Below, in pieces: positions 13,163-27,463 of a stretch of 64,000 nucleotides of DNA; within the stretch, counting starts at the first letter, position 1; each line of letters opens with the position of its first letter. A program made the position numbers and the translations under genes. The notes below the pieces were generated by a model. The model was given only the letters and a program-made list of their open reading frames with translations. It did no database searches and was not told the origin of the DNA. Source of the DNA: Selaginella moellendorffii (lineage: Eukaryota > Plantae > Lycopodiophyta); contig NW_003314262.1 in NCBI RefSeq assembly GCF_000143415.4, positions 2,840,603 through 2,904,602 on the forward strand, given 5' to 3'.

Positions 13163-13579
13163 ATGGATCACAGGGAAACGAACGCTACCTCATGGTCGAT
13201 CCTTGTGTTGCTCCTGGGAGCTGGAACAATCCAATGCGCCATGGGCCACTTTGGCGAGAAAGGAGGAGGCAGCGTCACCAATCCCGCCATCCCCGACGGC
13301 GATCGATGCCTCCAGCTGCGCGAAGAGCTGGTCCCGTGCTCCGCGTCGCTCTACGGGATCTTGCCGCCGGCCCCCAGCGCCGAGTGCTGCAGCGCGCTGT
13401 GGTCGCTCACCACCGAGGCCGTGTGTAGCTGCGCCGTCGGCCCCGTGGGGTGGAAGGAGATCTTCCTCCGCGTCATGGGAGATGGAGGATTGATCAACAT
13501 ACCCGCGGCGCTGCGCATCCCATTCCAATGCAAGGTCGCGCGATCGCGCCCAGGATTTCTCTGCTCGCCGCCGCTATAG
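13163..13579 (+). CDS. nsLTP/prolamin-superfamily 8-Cys secreted protein, paralog of 5660-6028
   Basis: Signal peptide; CLQLREELVPC..ILPPAPSAECCSAL..VCSC..IPFQC..C; TATA-like TTATAA at about 13052. Confidence 0.8.
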   Translation: MDHRETNATSWSILVLLLGAGTIQCAMGHFGEKGGGSVTNPAIPDGDRCLQLREELVPCSASLYGILPPAPSAECCSALWSLTTEAVCSCAVGPVGWKEIFLRVMGDGGLINIPAALRIPFQCKVARSRPGFLCSPPL

Positions 13580-14064
13580 CACGATCGATCGGAAATATTT
13601 TTTAGCCCTATTTATACGGATGGAATGTACGGATGAAATGGAGATCTTCCCTGTTTTTTCCTTTCCTTCCCCCATTTTTCTCTTATTCCTGGACTAGGGT
13701 TAGGGATTGTGGTTGTGCGAGGTACGTGGATCGATTGGGCGTGCGGCAACGGCGAGGCGGTATCCTTGCGGTAGGCTCTCTCCGTGCCAGATCTAGGCTC
13801 ACAGCGCTTTTCTGTCGCGTCGCAGCTCTAGATCTGGCGATACGCGACGATTTAGGCCCGGATTCATCACTGGATCGTAGAGCGGGCGATGATATATCGC
13901 CAATGGGACAGGAGGTTCGTGGCCATTGCGGAAAATTCTCGATGGCACAGTGATTTTGGGTTTGCTTGTAGGTGTTGAGCGAGAATTGGGCCGAGGAAGA
14001 ACGGCTGGCCGTGGTGCCTCTCGAGGGTGCTAGCGCTTCCACTCCAGATGTGTCTGTTGGACTC

Positions 14065-16557
<2,493 letters not shown>

Positions 16558-16755
16558 TTTTTTTCTTATTTTTTGGCGGATTATTAACATCAGTCCAGTG
16601 AGGCCTTTTCAGCAGAAGCTATTGATAATTCGGCTGAAAGCAAGAGTTAAACAAACAAGTGATAATAGATTCTCCTTCCCACGTCGGCGGCCGCATGGTT
16701 CCGGCGGTTGTGAAGGAATATCCTACGACACACAACCACCGTATGTGATGAGGCA

Positions 16756-18120
16756 ATGTATCCAGAGCGTTTTGTTCTTTTGGGATTCATATTCTTGTTT
16801 ACGATTGGTCGGGTGGCATTTGACACTTTTCAGCAGCACTACTCTCCTCCAAAGGTAGACTCTTATTAAACTTATTGACAATGCGATTCTAATCCTTTCT
16901 CTCTTCGTTTTTCATTCCAGGTCGCTACTCGCGTTTCAGCACCGGGAAGCAGCAGCGGCAGCAGCAGCAGCGACCACGATGGCAATGCCTCCCGTGTTGC
17001 GATTTGCCTGTTGGGACAGCTGCGACACTTCGAGCTAACCGGTCCGAGCATCCGGAAGTTCGTCATCGACGCACACAAGGACGCTGATATCTTCCTCAAT
17101 GTCCCGCTGGACGAGAACACCTGGAAGATCGCACTGCTCGGGGTCAACGCCCGCTTCCGGATCGCCAGGATCTTCAGGGCGTATGACATGCTCGAGAGCA
17201 CGATGCACAAGGAGCTGCTCAAGTCGAAAAGCTCTCCAAACGGCGTCCAAGTAAGTGGAAAACGAGGAACTTTGTTCTTGCCTTCTCAAAAACTCTTGCT
17301 TTCTCAGGGCCTCCTGCAGTACTTCAGCCTGGTCGAAGGCTGCATGCAGCTCATCGTGGCCTACGAAAAGATGCACGGCTTCCAGTACAAATGGATCGTG
17401 AGGACAAGGCTGGACGGCTACTGGACCGCGCCACTCCCGGCCACCATCTTTCGTCCCGGAGTCTACACGGTGCCGTATGGTTACGACTTTGGCGGTCTCA
17501 ACGACAGGCTCGGTGCTGGGGACCGGCAGACGACCATGGCCACCATCAACCGGCTCAGCATCCTCCCCAGTCTCCACGCGCAAGGCTACCGCAACATCCA
17601 CTCGGAGCGCGTGTTCGAGGTCCACCTCCGTGTCTCGGGCATCCGGGTGGCGAAAGAGATGCTGCCGTTTTGCATCTTGAGCCACCGGAACTTCCCCTGG
17701 CCGGTGCTCGAGACCCCAGTGGCGTCCATCCTCAGCAAAGGTCCTCTCAACGGAGCTTACTGCAGACCGTGCACTCCCAAGGCCGGGCAACGAGAGTCCA
17801 ACCGGATCGTGAGGAAGCTGTACAGGAACACGGGGTGGTGGAGCGTGGACAGGTCCGGGTGGATTCCCACGGATGGAGTGACGCTGGAGCTGTGCGATGC
17901 GTCGAAGCAGGCGTGGGAGGATGGCTGGGAGGCGGTGTTTGACAGGGCCTCCGGGAGGGAGGCCGCGGAGATTCGGATGAGGCTCGGCAACGCGTCGCTG
18001 GCGGACTGTATCGAGCAGAATGAGGAGTTCCAGCGAGGGTGGGAGATTTGGGACGGGATGTCGCCCAAGGATCTGTGCTTGCACTCGAGAAGAGATGGAC
18101 AAAACTTTCCTTTGCATTGA
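16756..18120 (+). CDS. Uncharacterised plant membrane-anchored protein, possibly glycosyltransferase-like
   Basis: Exon 1 16756-16854 (MYPERFVLLGFIFLFTIG anchor) splices in phase 0 to 16921; RVAICLLGQLRHFELTGPSI, WIVRTRLDGYW, FGGLNDRLG, GPLNGAYCRPC. Confidence 0.7.
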
Positions 18121-18179
18121 AAGATCTTGTTCTCTTTTCCCTGAAGACTGTAAAACTAAGCACTTTGCTTACGCTGGTG

Positions 18180-19420
18180 CTAAGTTTCCGGATTCTCGGT
18201 CTTGGAGAGAGAAATGACGTTGAAGTCTAGCGATCCGGGGTTCATGGAGACGAAGTTTTGGATGACTTTCACGGAATCCTGGAGAGAAGAGTGTCTAGAG
18301 AACTTGTTTGATGTGATCACAAGCTTGTGTTACCTTGAGCACTGATGATGGAGAGGAAGGGCCATGGTAGACTGGTTGTTCTTTACGGCCATCTAGCTCG
18401 TAGAGACCACCTAGGCAAGAGAATGAAATAAGTTTAGATTATTTTTGAGCGACGTTTGCACGTACCATCCACGCAGACAAAGCAAATGAAATGCAGGTTC
18501 ACTGGAGTGTCGATCGCTGGAGGCTGAAAAAACCAGTTTTTCAATGACAAGAAAGATCAAAACTTTGATGAATTGATTACCGCAGTGTCTCCGGCAGCTG
18601 CTGCGACGCAGTGAGCACCCTCGAGTTCCCTATCGTTTTCGAGATAGCTCGCTCTCTAAAACAAAAAAAGAAGAAGAAATCAATAAGGAAGAACTCAACC
18701 ATGCCAATGTACTTCAGAAGGAGATAACTTGCTGGTCGACTCAAAAAAACGTTTGAAGTACGACCCCTCTGCTGGAAAGATTTTAGTACTGTAAAACTAG
18801 AGATGATCGATATAGAGGGGACTTGCCGTGCTGAATTTGAGAAGTGTTGTTTCCAATCGCATGTAGCAGACCGATGGTGCCACAAGCATTCCCGACTGTC
18901 TGTTTCATGAAATAAACGCTCTCGCTCACCTGTTACAAGGAAAGAAAAATAGGAAACGAGATGAGTTCCTCTATCAACAAGAACAAAGAAAGAAAAACAA
19001 AGACTAAACTTCTGTCCCTCTCGACGAAGTTTTTCTTCCTGGGATTTACTCGCAGCTTCCGACTGCAAAAGAATGGACCAGCAAAGAATTAAACTCAAAA
19101 ATCCCCAAAAAAACATATTTTCTGCTTACCTCGGCATTGATCGGGTAAAGAAAGAGCACGGCGAGCACAGGCGCCGGAACCATAGCCAGCAGATCATCAT
19201 CAAAGCCATAGACATCGTAGAAAGCAGCAGCTTCGCTCAATCCGAGGCTGTGGCAAAACTGCAAGAGAGGAAAACCAAAACCAAAATTTCTTGAGCTGCC
19301 GCAATCGCGCCGATGCCGATCGGATCGAGAAAAATGCAATGCGCGTCTCACCTGATTCATGATGTCGGGATTGGCCTCGAGCGGCAGCCATCGCTTGGCC
19401 CCGGGAGCTTCGTCCGCCAT
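18180..19420 (-). CDS. UCH3: Ubiquitin C-terminal hydrolase (peptidase C12, UCH3/UCHL3-like), multi-exon
   Basis: [15 protein letters not shown]; [21 protein letters not shown]; [18 protein letters not shown]; HFICF; YELDGRK; FNVISLSK. Confidence 0.92.
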
Positions 19421-19601
19421 CTAAAAGCCCTAATTGGGTTTCTCTTTTCTTCCAAATGATTTTTAGGGCTCTTGAGTCTCAGTAGCTAGGGTTTTTCCAA
19501 GCCGTGCCGGCGTGAGGCGACGGCGTGTCTTTCTACTGCTATTTGCTGCTGCTCGCTGCGCAAAATTGTAGGCGCGCGAGCGTCGACCGGTGGAGCGCGC
19601 A

Positions 19602-22600
19602 ATGGGAACGTCATTGCCTCCCAAGGAGGCAAATCTCTTCAAGCTCATTGTTGTAAGTGAAAGAAATTCTCTGGGGGGTTTAGGGTTTAAGCGATTTTCT
19701 CTTCCTCTATCCAGAAATCCTATGAGACGAAGCAGTACAAGAAAGGCCTCAAGGCAGCTGACCAGATTCTCAAAAAATTTCCGGAGCATGGAGGTAGAGT
19801 TCCTTCTCTGCGAGTTTTAGTATCTAATTTTTTTCTTCTTTGTTATGCTCTCAAAACAGAGACTTTGGCGATGAAAGGATTGACGCTAAATTGTATGGAT
19901 CGAAAGACCGAGGCTTACGAGCTGGTTCGCAAAGGATTGAAGGTACTGTTTTTCTGTAATCTTATATATACATGATATAGAACAATGTTTGGTATCAGAA
20001 CGATGTGAAGAGCCATGTTTGCTGGCATGTCTATGGCCTTCTCTACCGCTCCGACAGGGAATACCGCGAAGCTATAAAATGCTACCGCAATGCGCTTAGA
20101 ATAGATCCGGAGAACAAGCCCATTCAGATACTCAGGGATCTGTCTCTGCTGCAAGTAAGTAGTGTAGAGGCTTTGCCTCAAGACAGTTTTGTTACAATTG
20201 TTCTGTGCCAGGTGCAAATGAGGGACCTCGACGGCTTTGTGGAAACGAGGAGGCAGCTGCTAACTTTAAAGCCTAACCATCGGAACAACTGGATATGTTT
20301 CGCCATTGCGCAGCATTTAAACAGCCGGTAATATTCTGTAGTCTGTACTGATTGGAATACGGTGCTCATATTGTAATCGTGCTAGAGCCGATATTGCTGT
20401 CGAGATTCTTCAGGCTTATGAAGGGACGCTTGAAGAAGATTTTCCTCCGGATAACGAGCGTTATGAGCATAGCGAAATGCTTTTGTACAAGGTGCGTTTT
20501 TATGGACGCGAATGGAAACTAATGCCGCCTCTACCAGGTGTCTCTTTTGGAAGAATCAGGAGCATTAGAAAAAGCGTTGGAAGAGTTGAGAAATAAGCAG
20601 GCTAAAATTGTGTGTAATCGGTTTTGTGATTGGTCACTCATACATTGCTCTCATTTTCAGGTTGATAAGCTTGGTGTAAAGGAGGTGACGGCTGGTTTGT
20701 TATTGAAGCTGAATCGTTTTGAAGAAGCCGAGAAAGGGTACAGGAACCTGATTGAAATTTGTCCTGACAATACTACGTAAGCTAGTCGATACATTTGCTA
20801 TCCACTGACTCCTCAATACTCGTGTCAATGCAGGTACCACGAAAGCCTGCAAAAATGTATTGGCATATCGCAACATGATGCGCGGACGGAGGAGGACACT
20901 GCGAAGCTCGTTCTGCTCTACGACGATCTTAGGACAAAGCATCCAGATTCTGCTGTTGCCAAGGTACTGCCTAACCTTTTTTCAATTTTACTAGTTAGCT
21001 TGTTTTGTTTTCAAGGGGTTGATGTTCCTAACTATCCCCCTTTCAATCTAAGAACATGAACATTAAATGACAGGTTGGTTGCTTGTGCTGGGAAATTTTG
21101 TCTTCAGCGCATGCCATTGGATTTTTTGGAGGGAGATTCGTTCCGCAGAGCACTAGACAAGTATATTAGACCATTTCTAAGAAAGGTATGATTCCTGCCG
21201 TAGTGAAATCATAAATGTTTTACAATCGTGATTCAGGGAGTACCATCGCTATTTTCAGCACTGCGTCCTCTTTATTCTTCTTCAAGCCGGGTAAATATTT
21301 GCTTGCCTCTTGCTTCGATCTAAATAGTGTTTCTGCAACAGGCCATCATTCTAGAGGAGGTCATTTTGGAGTTTGAAGATTCTTTGAGAAAAACTGGATG
21401 TTTTCCCTCGAGGTACCGAACTATTTTCTCTGCGTTTGGGTTTTAACGTTTTCTTTGTAGCACTGAGAAAGAACCTCCGTCTGCTTTCATGTGGATACTT
21501 TATCTGTTGGCGCAGGTTTGTACTTCAGCAGGTAGAAGCATTTCTGATGCGAGTTGTTGCAGCATTTTGACCGTAAAAGGGACGTTGAACGCGCCGTGGA
21601 GAAGATAGACGAGGCGATCAAGCATACGCCTACGGCAATTGACTTATATCTTGTGAAGGTATGGAAGGTACAGTTGAAGCGTTCTCACCGGGTCTCTTCT
21701 TGCAGGGAAGGATATTAAAGCATGCCGGTGATCCCGTTGCTGCGGCATCCTTAGCTGACGAGGCAAGGACAATGGACCTTGCTGACAGATTTGTAAATAG
21801 CGAATGCGTGAAGCGCATGTTGCAAGCCGACCAGGTTGAACTTGCCGAGAAAACTGCCGCGCTCTTCACCAAGGATGGCGATCAACATAACAATCTGTAT
21901 GACATGCAGTGCATGTGGTAAGTATTTTTTTTGTGTTTTAGATGCTCTAAAAGTCCTCGCCTTAGGTACGAGCTGGCATCCGGAGACAGTCATTTTCGAC
22001 AAGGAGCTTTAGGCAAAGCTTTGAAAAAGTTTGTGGCCGTGGAGAAGCATTACAATGATATGACGGAGGACCAATTTGACTTCCACACGTACTGTCTTCG
22101 TAAAATGACTTTGCGCGCATACGTTCATATGCTGAGATTTCAAGACCGTCTGCACTCGTTTCCCTTTTTCTACCGAGCTGCTTGCAGCGCCATACGGTCC
22201 GTTTCGGTTCAGTGATGACTCCGTATTGACATTCTTGATTCAGGTGCTATTTATGTATATATGATTCGCCACCGAAGACCGCGGTGGAGGAAGAAGCAGT
22301 CAATGCTGGATTGACTCCTTCAGAACGGAAGAAGCTGCGTCAAAAGAGCAGAAAAGCAGAAGCTCGAGCTAAAAAGGTCGGTTTTATGCATATGACACAT
22401 TCGGTTACAAGTGTCCTCTGTTATTAGGAAGCCGAGAAGGCCAAGGAGGAAGAGAAGGCATCGAATGCCAGCAAAGGTGCAAAGAAAGGAACCCAGGCGC
22501 CGAAACCTTTTGATAACGATCCCGACGGCGAGCAGCTTGTTCATGTAAGTACTTTTACTGGCTTTCAGCTGTGTGCTGAACTGGATTTCAGGTGGAAGAT

Positions 22601-23584
22601 CCCCTGGGCGAGGCATTGAAGTATTTGAAACTCTTGCAAATGCACTCACCGGACTCGCTTGAAACACATCTTCTTGCTTTTGAGATTTACATGCGTCGGC
22701 AAAAAGTTCTCCTGGCATTCCAGGTTGGTTTGTGCAAACATTTTTCATCCTGGCTTAAACTGTCCCACAGGCTATCAAGAGGCTCATCAGAGTGAACAGT
22801 GACCATCCTGACATTCATCACTGCCTGGTATTTCTTTCTCTTGTTGTTCTCGGAACAAATGTTTGAAGAATTGTCTGCAGTGTCGTTTTTATAACATGGT
22901 GGACAACAAGCCAGAACCTGATTCTACGGACAAGCTGGTTTGGGAAGTGGTCGCTGCGGAGCGATCTTTGCTAAGGTCTTGGTTTTTCAATGTCTAAAGC
23001 AAACTCATTGTCGCTTCTTTTGCTTGGCAGGGATTTTGGGAACAGAACTCTGTTAGAGATAAATAAGGACTTCTTGGACTGTCATACTGGTACGATCAAT
23101 TTTCCATCTCCTATGAGCTTTCCTAATGCCTTCTACCATTTTTAGATTCGCTGCTACATAGAGTCGTCGCAGCCGAGGTCCTCCAACTGCTATCTCCTGG
23201 CGAAAAAGATGCCTCCGTAAAAATTGTTTTGGATTCAAGGTATGTGGTAACTGCAGAGGATTCTCGTCTCAAACGTTTCGTTTTTGCAGTGGCGAAGAGA
23301 AATGGGAGCTCAAGCAATGCATGACGGTGCACAAGAAGCTACAATCAGTGCTTGATGATCCAGATGCCGCTGAGAGTAGGCCTCGAAAACTGGTTTTGGA
23401 TTCGTTATGACTGAAGTGTTATTCTTTCTGAACAGGATGGCGCGCTCGCTGCGCGCAGCTCTTTCCTTACTCGACATACTTCAAAGGATTGAAGTCTTCT
23501 TCCATGACTGGCTCGGCGGAATCGGGTACAGTGGCGGTAGATAGAGGGATTGATACCCACGACGCGGTGAATTCAACATCTTGA
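19602..23584 (+). CDS. NAA15: NatA N-terminal acetyltransferase auxiliary subunit, more than 20 short exons
   Basis: [30 protein letters not shown]; [18 protein letters not shown]; [11 protein letters not shown]; [19 protein letters not shown]. Confidence 0.95.
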
Positions 23585-24347
23585 GCTTAGCAAGGGTGGT
23601 CTCAACACTAATTTTTGATTTTTCCGATGAAATAATAGGAGCAGCACCTAGCAAGAAGACAACAGACGTATTTTTGTTCCGGGTACAACTTTTTGTTTGT
23701 TACGTGCATTGGCAATCAATTTTTCCTTTGTTCATGGTTCTTGTTTCATGAGTCCCCTTCTCGTGTTTTAGTTTGTTCTTGAAAACTTGAAGCAAAACCC
23801 TGCTGGATGAACCAAAGCGTCAACTGAATCACGATCAGACTTCCCGGATGCAAACTTTCAAGGGACCAATTTGTTTATCCATTTTAACTCTCGCGCTATA
23901 CCAAGTTTCCATTGAAATAAAGAAACAACAAACAGAGAAGTTGAAAACACTAACAAACTCAAACGACAAGTCACTGTCTTCATCTGCATCACTCCCTTCT
24001 TCAATCCCTGAAAACATCTCCAGCTGGGCCTGTAGAGCCTTGCAATGCCAGCAAACTCTTGCTCGAAAACCTCAAACTTCCGGAAGTAGTGGCCAGCCGA
24101 AAGCTTTTGGAAAGCCTCGCCAACACCCAAGCATCGTCTTCGTCCGGGCTGTAACGGCTGCAACGGTCGAAGTCCATTATCTCCACATCGTAGAAATCCG
24201 CAGAAGAAAAAGGAAAGAAAGCTTCGTCAATTGTTTCGAAATGATACTTTTTTGTCACCTTTATTTTTTGAAAAGAAACGGTTTATGTTTATTTATCCAT
24301 AAGCTATTAGGCCTGCTTCGTTCAAATAAGTTAGAAACCCTACCAGG

Positions 24348-24986
24348 ATGGAGGTTTTTAAGAAGGAAGGATTTAGCGGCATGGGTGCTTTGGGCAGTCC
24401 ATCTGATTATTTCACTGACTGCAATCAAAAGCTTATCAAGTTTCGCATGTGTGCGATCCCAGTGGATAGGGAATCAAGAGCTACCAGGTTTGCAAGTGCC
24501 GTGAAATGTATGCTACAACACCCTTTTAAAGGAGCCCCAATGCTAGTCTTTTGTAACGACAAGGATACTGCATATGAAATCAAACAGGTTTTGGATGCCA
24601 AGAGAGTGACAATGGCAACAGTAACTTTAGTGGAGGAATTGAGCACTTTGGAGAAAAAGAGGGTCAAAGACAAGAGAGCGGTGGTTATTGTCACAAAAGA
24701 TGTGATTGACAAGGTCTGTTTGCCTGGAATTTTTAAGGTGGTGGTGACCTATGATAAACTGAGCGCATCAAATCTGGAGACTTTATTGAGTTGGACAAAA
24801 TTTGATACTCGATTTCTTCCTGGTTTCTGGCCTTGTGTGGTTACTCTATATCAGAACGAGGAGTTTTTGGAAAGCATCAAGCAGTTAGCACATTGTGTCT
24901 GCATGACTAAATTGTACGAGAGAGAGCGGACAATGCAGAAATTCAGTGATGCATATGCGGATTTCTTGTTTAGTCCGAAAGCATAG
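24348..24986 (+). CDS. Intronless 212-aa orphan protein resembling a degenerate SF2/DEAD-box helicase C-terminal (RecA2) domain; intact copy
   Basis: MLVFCNDKDTAYEIKQVL resembles motif IV; VIVTKDVIDKVCLPGIFKVVVTYD resembles motif V; telo-box AAACCCTA just upstream of the ATG. Confidence 0.55.
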   Translation: MEVFKKEGFSGMGALGSPSDYFTDCNQKLIKFRMCAIPVDRESRATRFASAVKCMLQHPFKGAPMLVFCNDKDTAYEIKQVLDAKRVTMATVTLVEELSTLEKKRVKDKRAVVIVTKDVIDKVCLPGIFKVVVTYDKLSASNLETLLSWTKFDTRFLPGFWPCVVTLYQNEEFLESIKQLAHCVCMTKLYERERTMQKFSDAYADFLFSPKA

Positions 24987-25387
24987 GTCGTTTCTGCATT
25001 TTGCTAACTTCTATTCGGTTCTAGTCACAAGAAAGTTGAATAAGTTTCATTTTCTGGTTTAGTAATCATATGCTTCTCAAGAAAAGGTGGTGGGAGCTAA
25101 ATTTCATGTTTTCGCTTTTTCTTATTAAAGAGGAAAGTTGATCCTTTCAAAACGACTATTTCATGGTTTGGCACATAGAAATCAATGTCTCGTGTTCTGG
25201 CTGCCGTCAAATTTATACCATTTCTGTGATAATTGGATACATTACGTCTAACGACTATGTCAAGCATAACATGCTGGCTAAATAGTCAGAACCGAGTGAC
25301 GCTGTAGCAATCTCGCTGGACTTGGTCTCCACTTCCTCCATCCTATAAATTGCCTCCACTTCCAATCCACCACACAGCAGCAAGTTT

Positions 25388-25422
<35 letters not shown>

Positions 25423-25455
25423 TCTCACTACACTTCGAAAGTTTCTTCTACCAAG

Positions 25456-25857
25456 ATGGCGAGCAAGTCCCAGCTGATGCTTCTGGCCATGTTTGTGACA
25501 GTCCTCCTGGTTGGAGTGGACGTTGGTGGCATCGCAAGCGCAGCAGCCCAGCAGAAATGCAAGTCTGGATGGAACTGGGACGGCTACAAGTGCATCCAGT
25601 GTCCCAAAGGGTGGTACTGGTATAGCAACGATTGCCACAGATGCCTCTCCGGTTGGAAGTGGAGTGGAAGCAAATGCGTGAGCTGCCCGAGCAACTGGTA
25701 CTGGTACAACAACAAGTGCCACCAATGCCCGTCCGGATGGAAGTGGAGTGGAAGCAAGTGTGTGAGCTGCCCGAGTGACTGGTATTGGTATAACAACGAT
25801 TGCCACCGCTGTCCGTATGGCTGGAAATGGAGCAAGGCTCACTGCACCAAGAACTAA
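25456..25857 (+). CDS. Secreted Trp/Cys-rich 14-aa tandem-repeat protein, copy 1 (133 aa)
   Basis: Signal peptide to AAA|QQ; 7 x C-x-x-x-W-x-W-x4-C-x-x; TATAAAT at 25344; AATAAA downstream. Confidence 0.9.
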   Translation: MASKSQLMLLAMFVTVLLVGVDVGGIASAAAQQKCKSGWNWDGYKCIQCPKGWYWYSNDCHRCLSGWKWSGSKCVSCPSNWYWYNNKCHQCPSGWKWSGSKCVSCPSDWYWYNNDCHRCPYGWKWSKAHCTKN

Positions 25858-25996
25858 GTCAGTTAACTCCAGCGAGAAAGAAGTACCTTCCAATTCGTTA
25901 GTTCATTGCGTCTTGTCCTCGAGATAATGTGCCAGCGTCTTTGGCAATTGATTTGATTCGAATAAAAGCACCTACTTGTTTTGAATATCGAACCTG

Positions 25997-27267
25997 TCAT
26001 CGTGCTGCAGCAGCAACCTCGGCAGCAAAGTCCTTTTCAAGCCTGGGAAAATGAAGCCAAGAATTGGTTCGTGAAGGCTTGGATTGTAACAAGGACTTAC
26101 TTTTCGATCCCCTCCCCGACTTCTATTCGCAGGAATCCCTCGATCTTGGCCGTCTTCCCGATTTCTTTGGCCGTCTCTTTTAGCAGGACCTGAAAGATCA
26201 AATCCTGAGGCTGATGAGACACATTCGAATGATGTGACTTACTTTGATCCGTTTCGTTTCGTCTGCAACGTACTTCTGCTCCAGAAGAACAACCTCTTCC
26301 ATGTATTTGGCAAGCCTGCCTTCGACCATCTTCTGAACGACGTTCTCTGGCTTTCCAGCAGTCGAGGCCTGCAACAACAAAACAAAAAAACAATAGACAA
26401 TCAATAAAAGGCAGAGAAAAACAAATGCCTTGCACCTGTGCTTTGCAGATGTTCCGCTCATGCTCCAGTACTTCAGAGTCCACGAGTTCCTTAGACAAAA
26501 ACAGCGGCCTTGCAGCAACAACATGCATTGCAAGAGACGAGCCCAAGCTTTTCAGTGTTTCCGAATGCGAGCCTTCTTGATCATCTTCAACCTCGAGCGA
26601 AACGAGCCCCGCGAGCCGAGATAAACCTTTCAGAATAAATCTGTGAGAAACGAGCAAACAGTGGAATTTACAAGTACCTGATGCCGGACTCATGTGCAAA
26701 TACGAGGACACGATCCCTCTTTGCGAAGACATATATAAAGCTCTTCGAAGTCTCACATTTTCTCCAGTGATAGCGGCAACTTCCGAGACTGCGTCGCGTA
26801 CACAAAGCTCTCTGGTGATTGATGCGTGATCCAGCTTCACATTTACAAGCTGGAAATTTCCAAACATGAAAGATCTTTCCTTCGAGAGAACAGACTTACC
26901 TCTAAATCGTGCAAATCAAGAGCAGCTGGTTTAGAAGAAAATTGTTGGACAGCTTCCAATGTGGATGCCGCTTTTGCGACTGACAGCACCTGGAAAAATC
27001 GTGAGCAAAACTAAAAGCCGAAGAAGATCATCCATCACTTACAAGGCTCTGGAAGAGATCGTTTCGAGCAACAAAGTCAGTCTCGCTGTTAATCTCTATG
27101 ACCGCGGCACCTTTCTCGAAGTGTGCCAGTCCAAGCAATCCTTCCGCAGCCACACGAGAAGATTTCTTCGTCGCGGCAGCAAGGCCCTTCTTCCTCAGCT
27201 CAGTAAACGCATCCTCTATAGAAAAATCCAAAGAAAAAATAATTCTTCCTTCCTTTAACATTAGCAT
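25997..27267 (-). pseudogene. 5'-truncated mitochondrial EF-Ts, copy 1 (native exon 1 missing; possible substitute ATG at 27267)
   Basis: [55 protein letters not shown]; sequence stops inside intron 1 at the duplication junction. Confidence 0.85.
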
Positions 27268-27463
27268 TATCTCCACATCGTAGAAATCCGCAGAAGAAAA
27301 AGGAAAGAAAGCTTCGTCAATTGTTTCGAAATGATACTTTTTTTGTCACCTTTATTTTTTGAAAAGAAACGGTTTATGTTTATTTATCCATAAGCTTCTG
27401 GAACCTTTGATTCTTATTACGCCTAATTCTGCTTCTTTCAAATAAGTTAGAAACCCTACCAGG

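Noticed and set aside
23848-24504. 218-aa + ORF and short - ORFs upstream of the helicase-like gene
   Set aside because: No recognisable domain, and they run through AT-rich promoter-like sequence
25456-25857. Trp/Cys repeats as a BURP-type RiPP precursor
   Set aside because: No BURP domain in the window, and the regular Cys pairs with no spacer or recognition sequences fit a folded disulfide protein better
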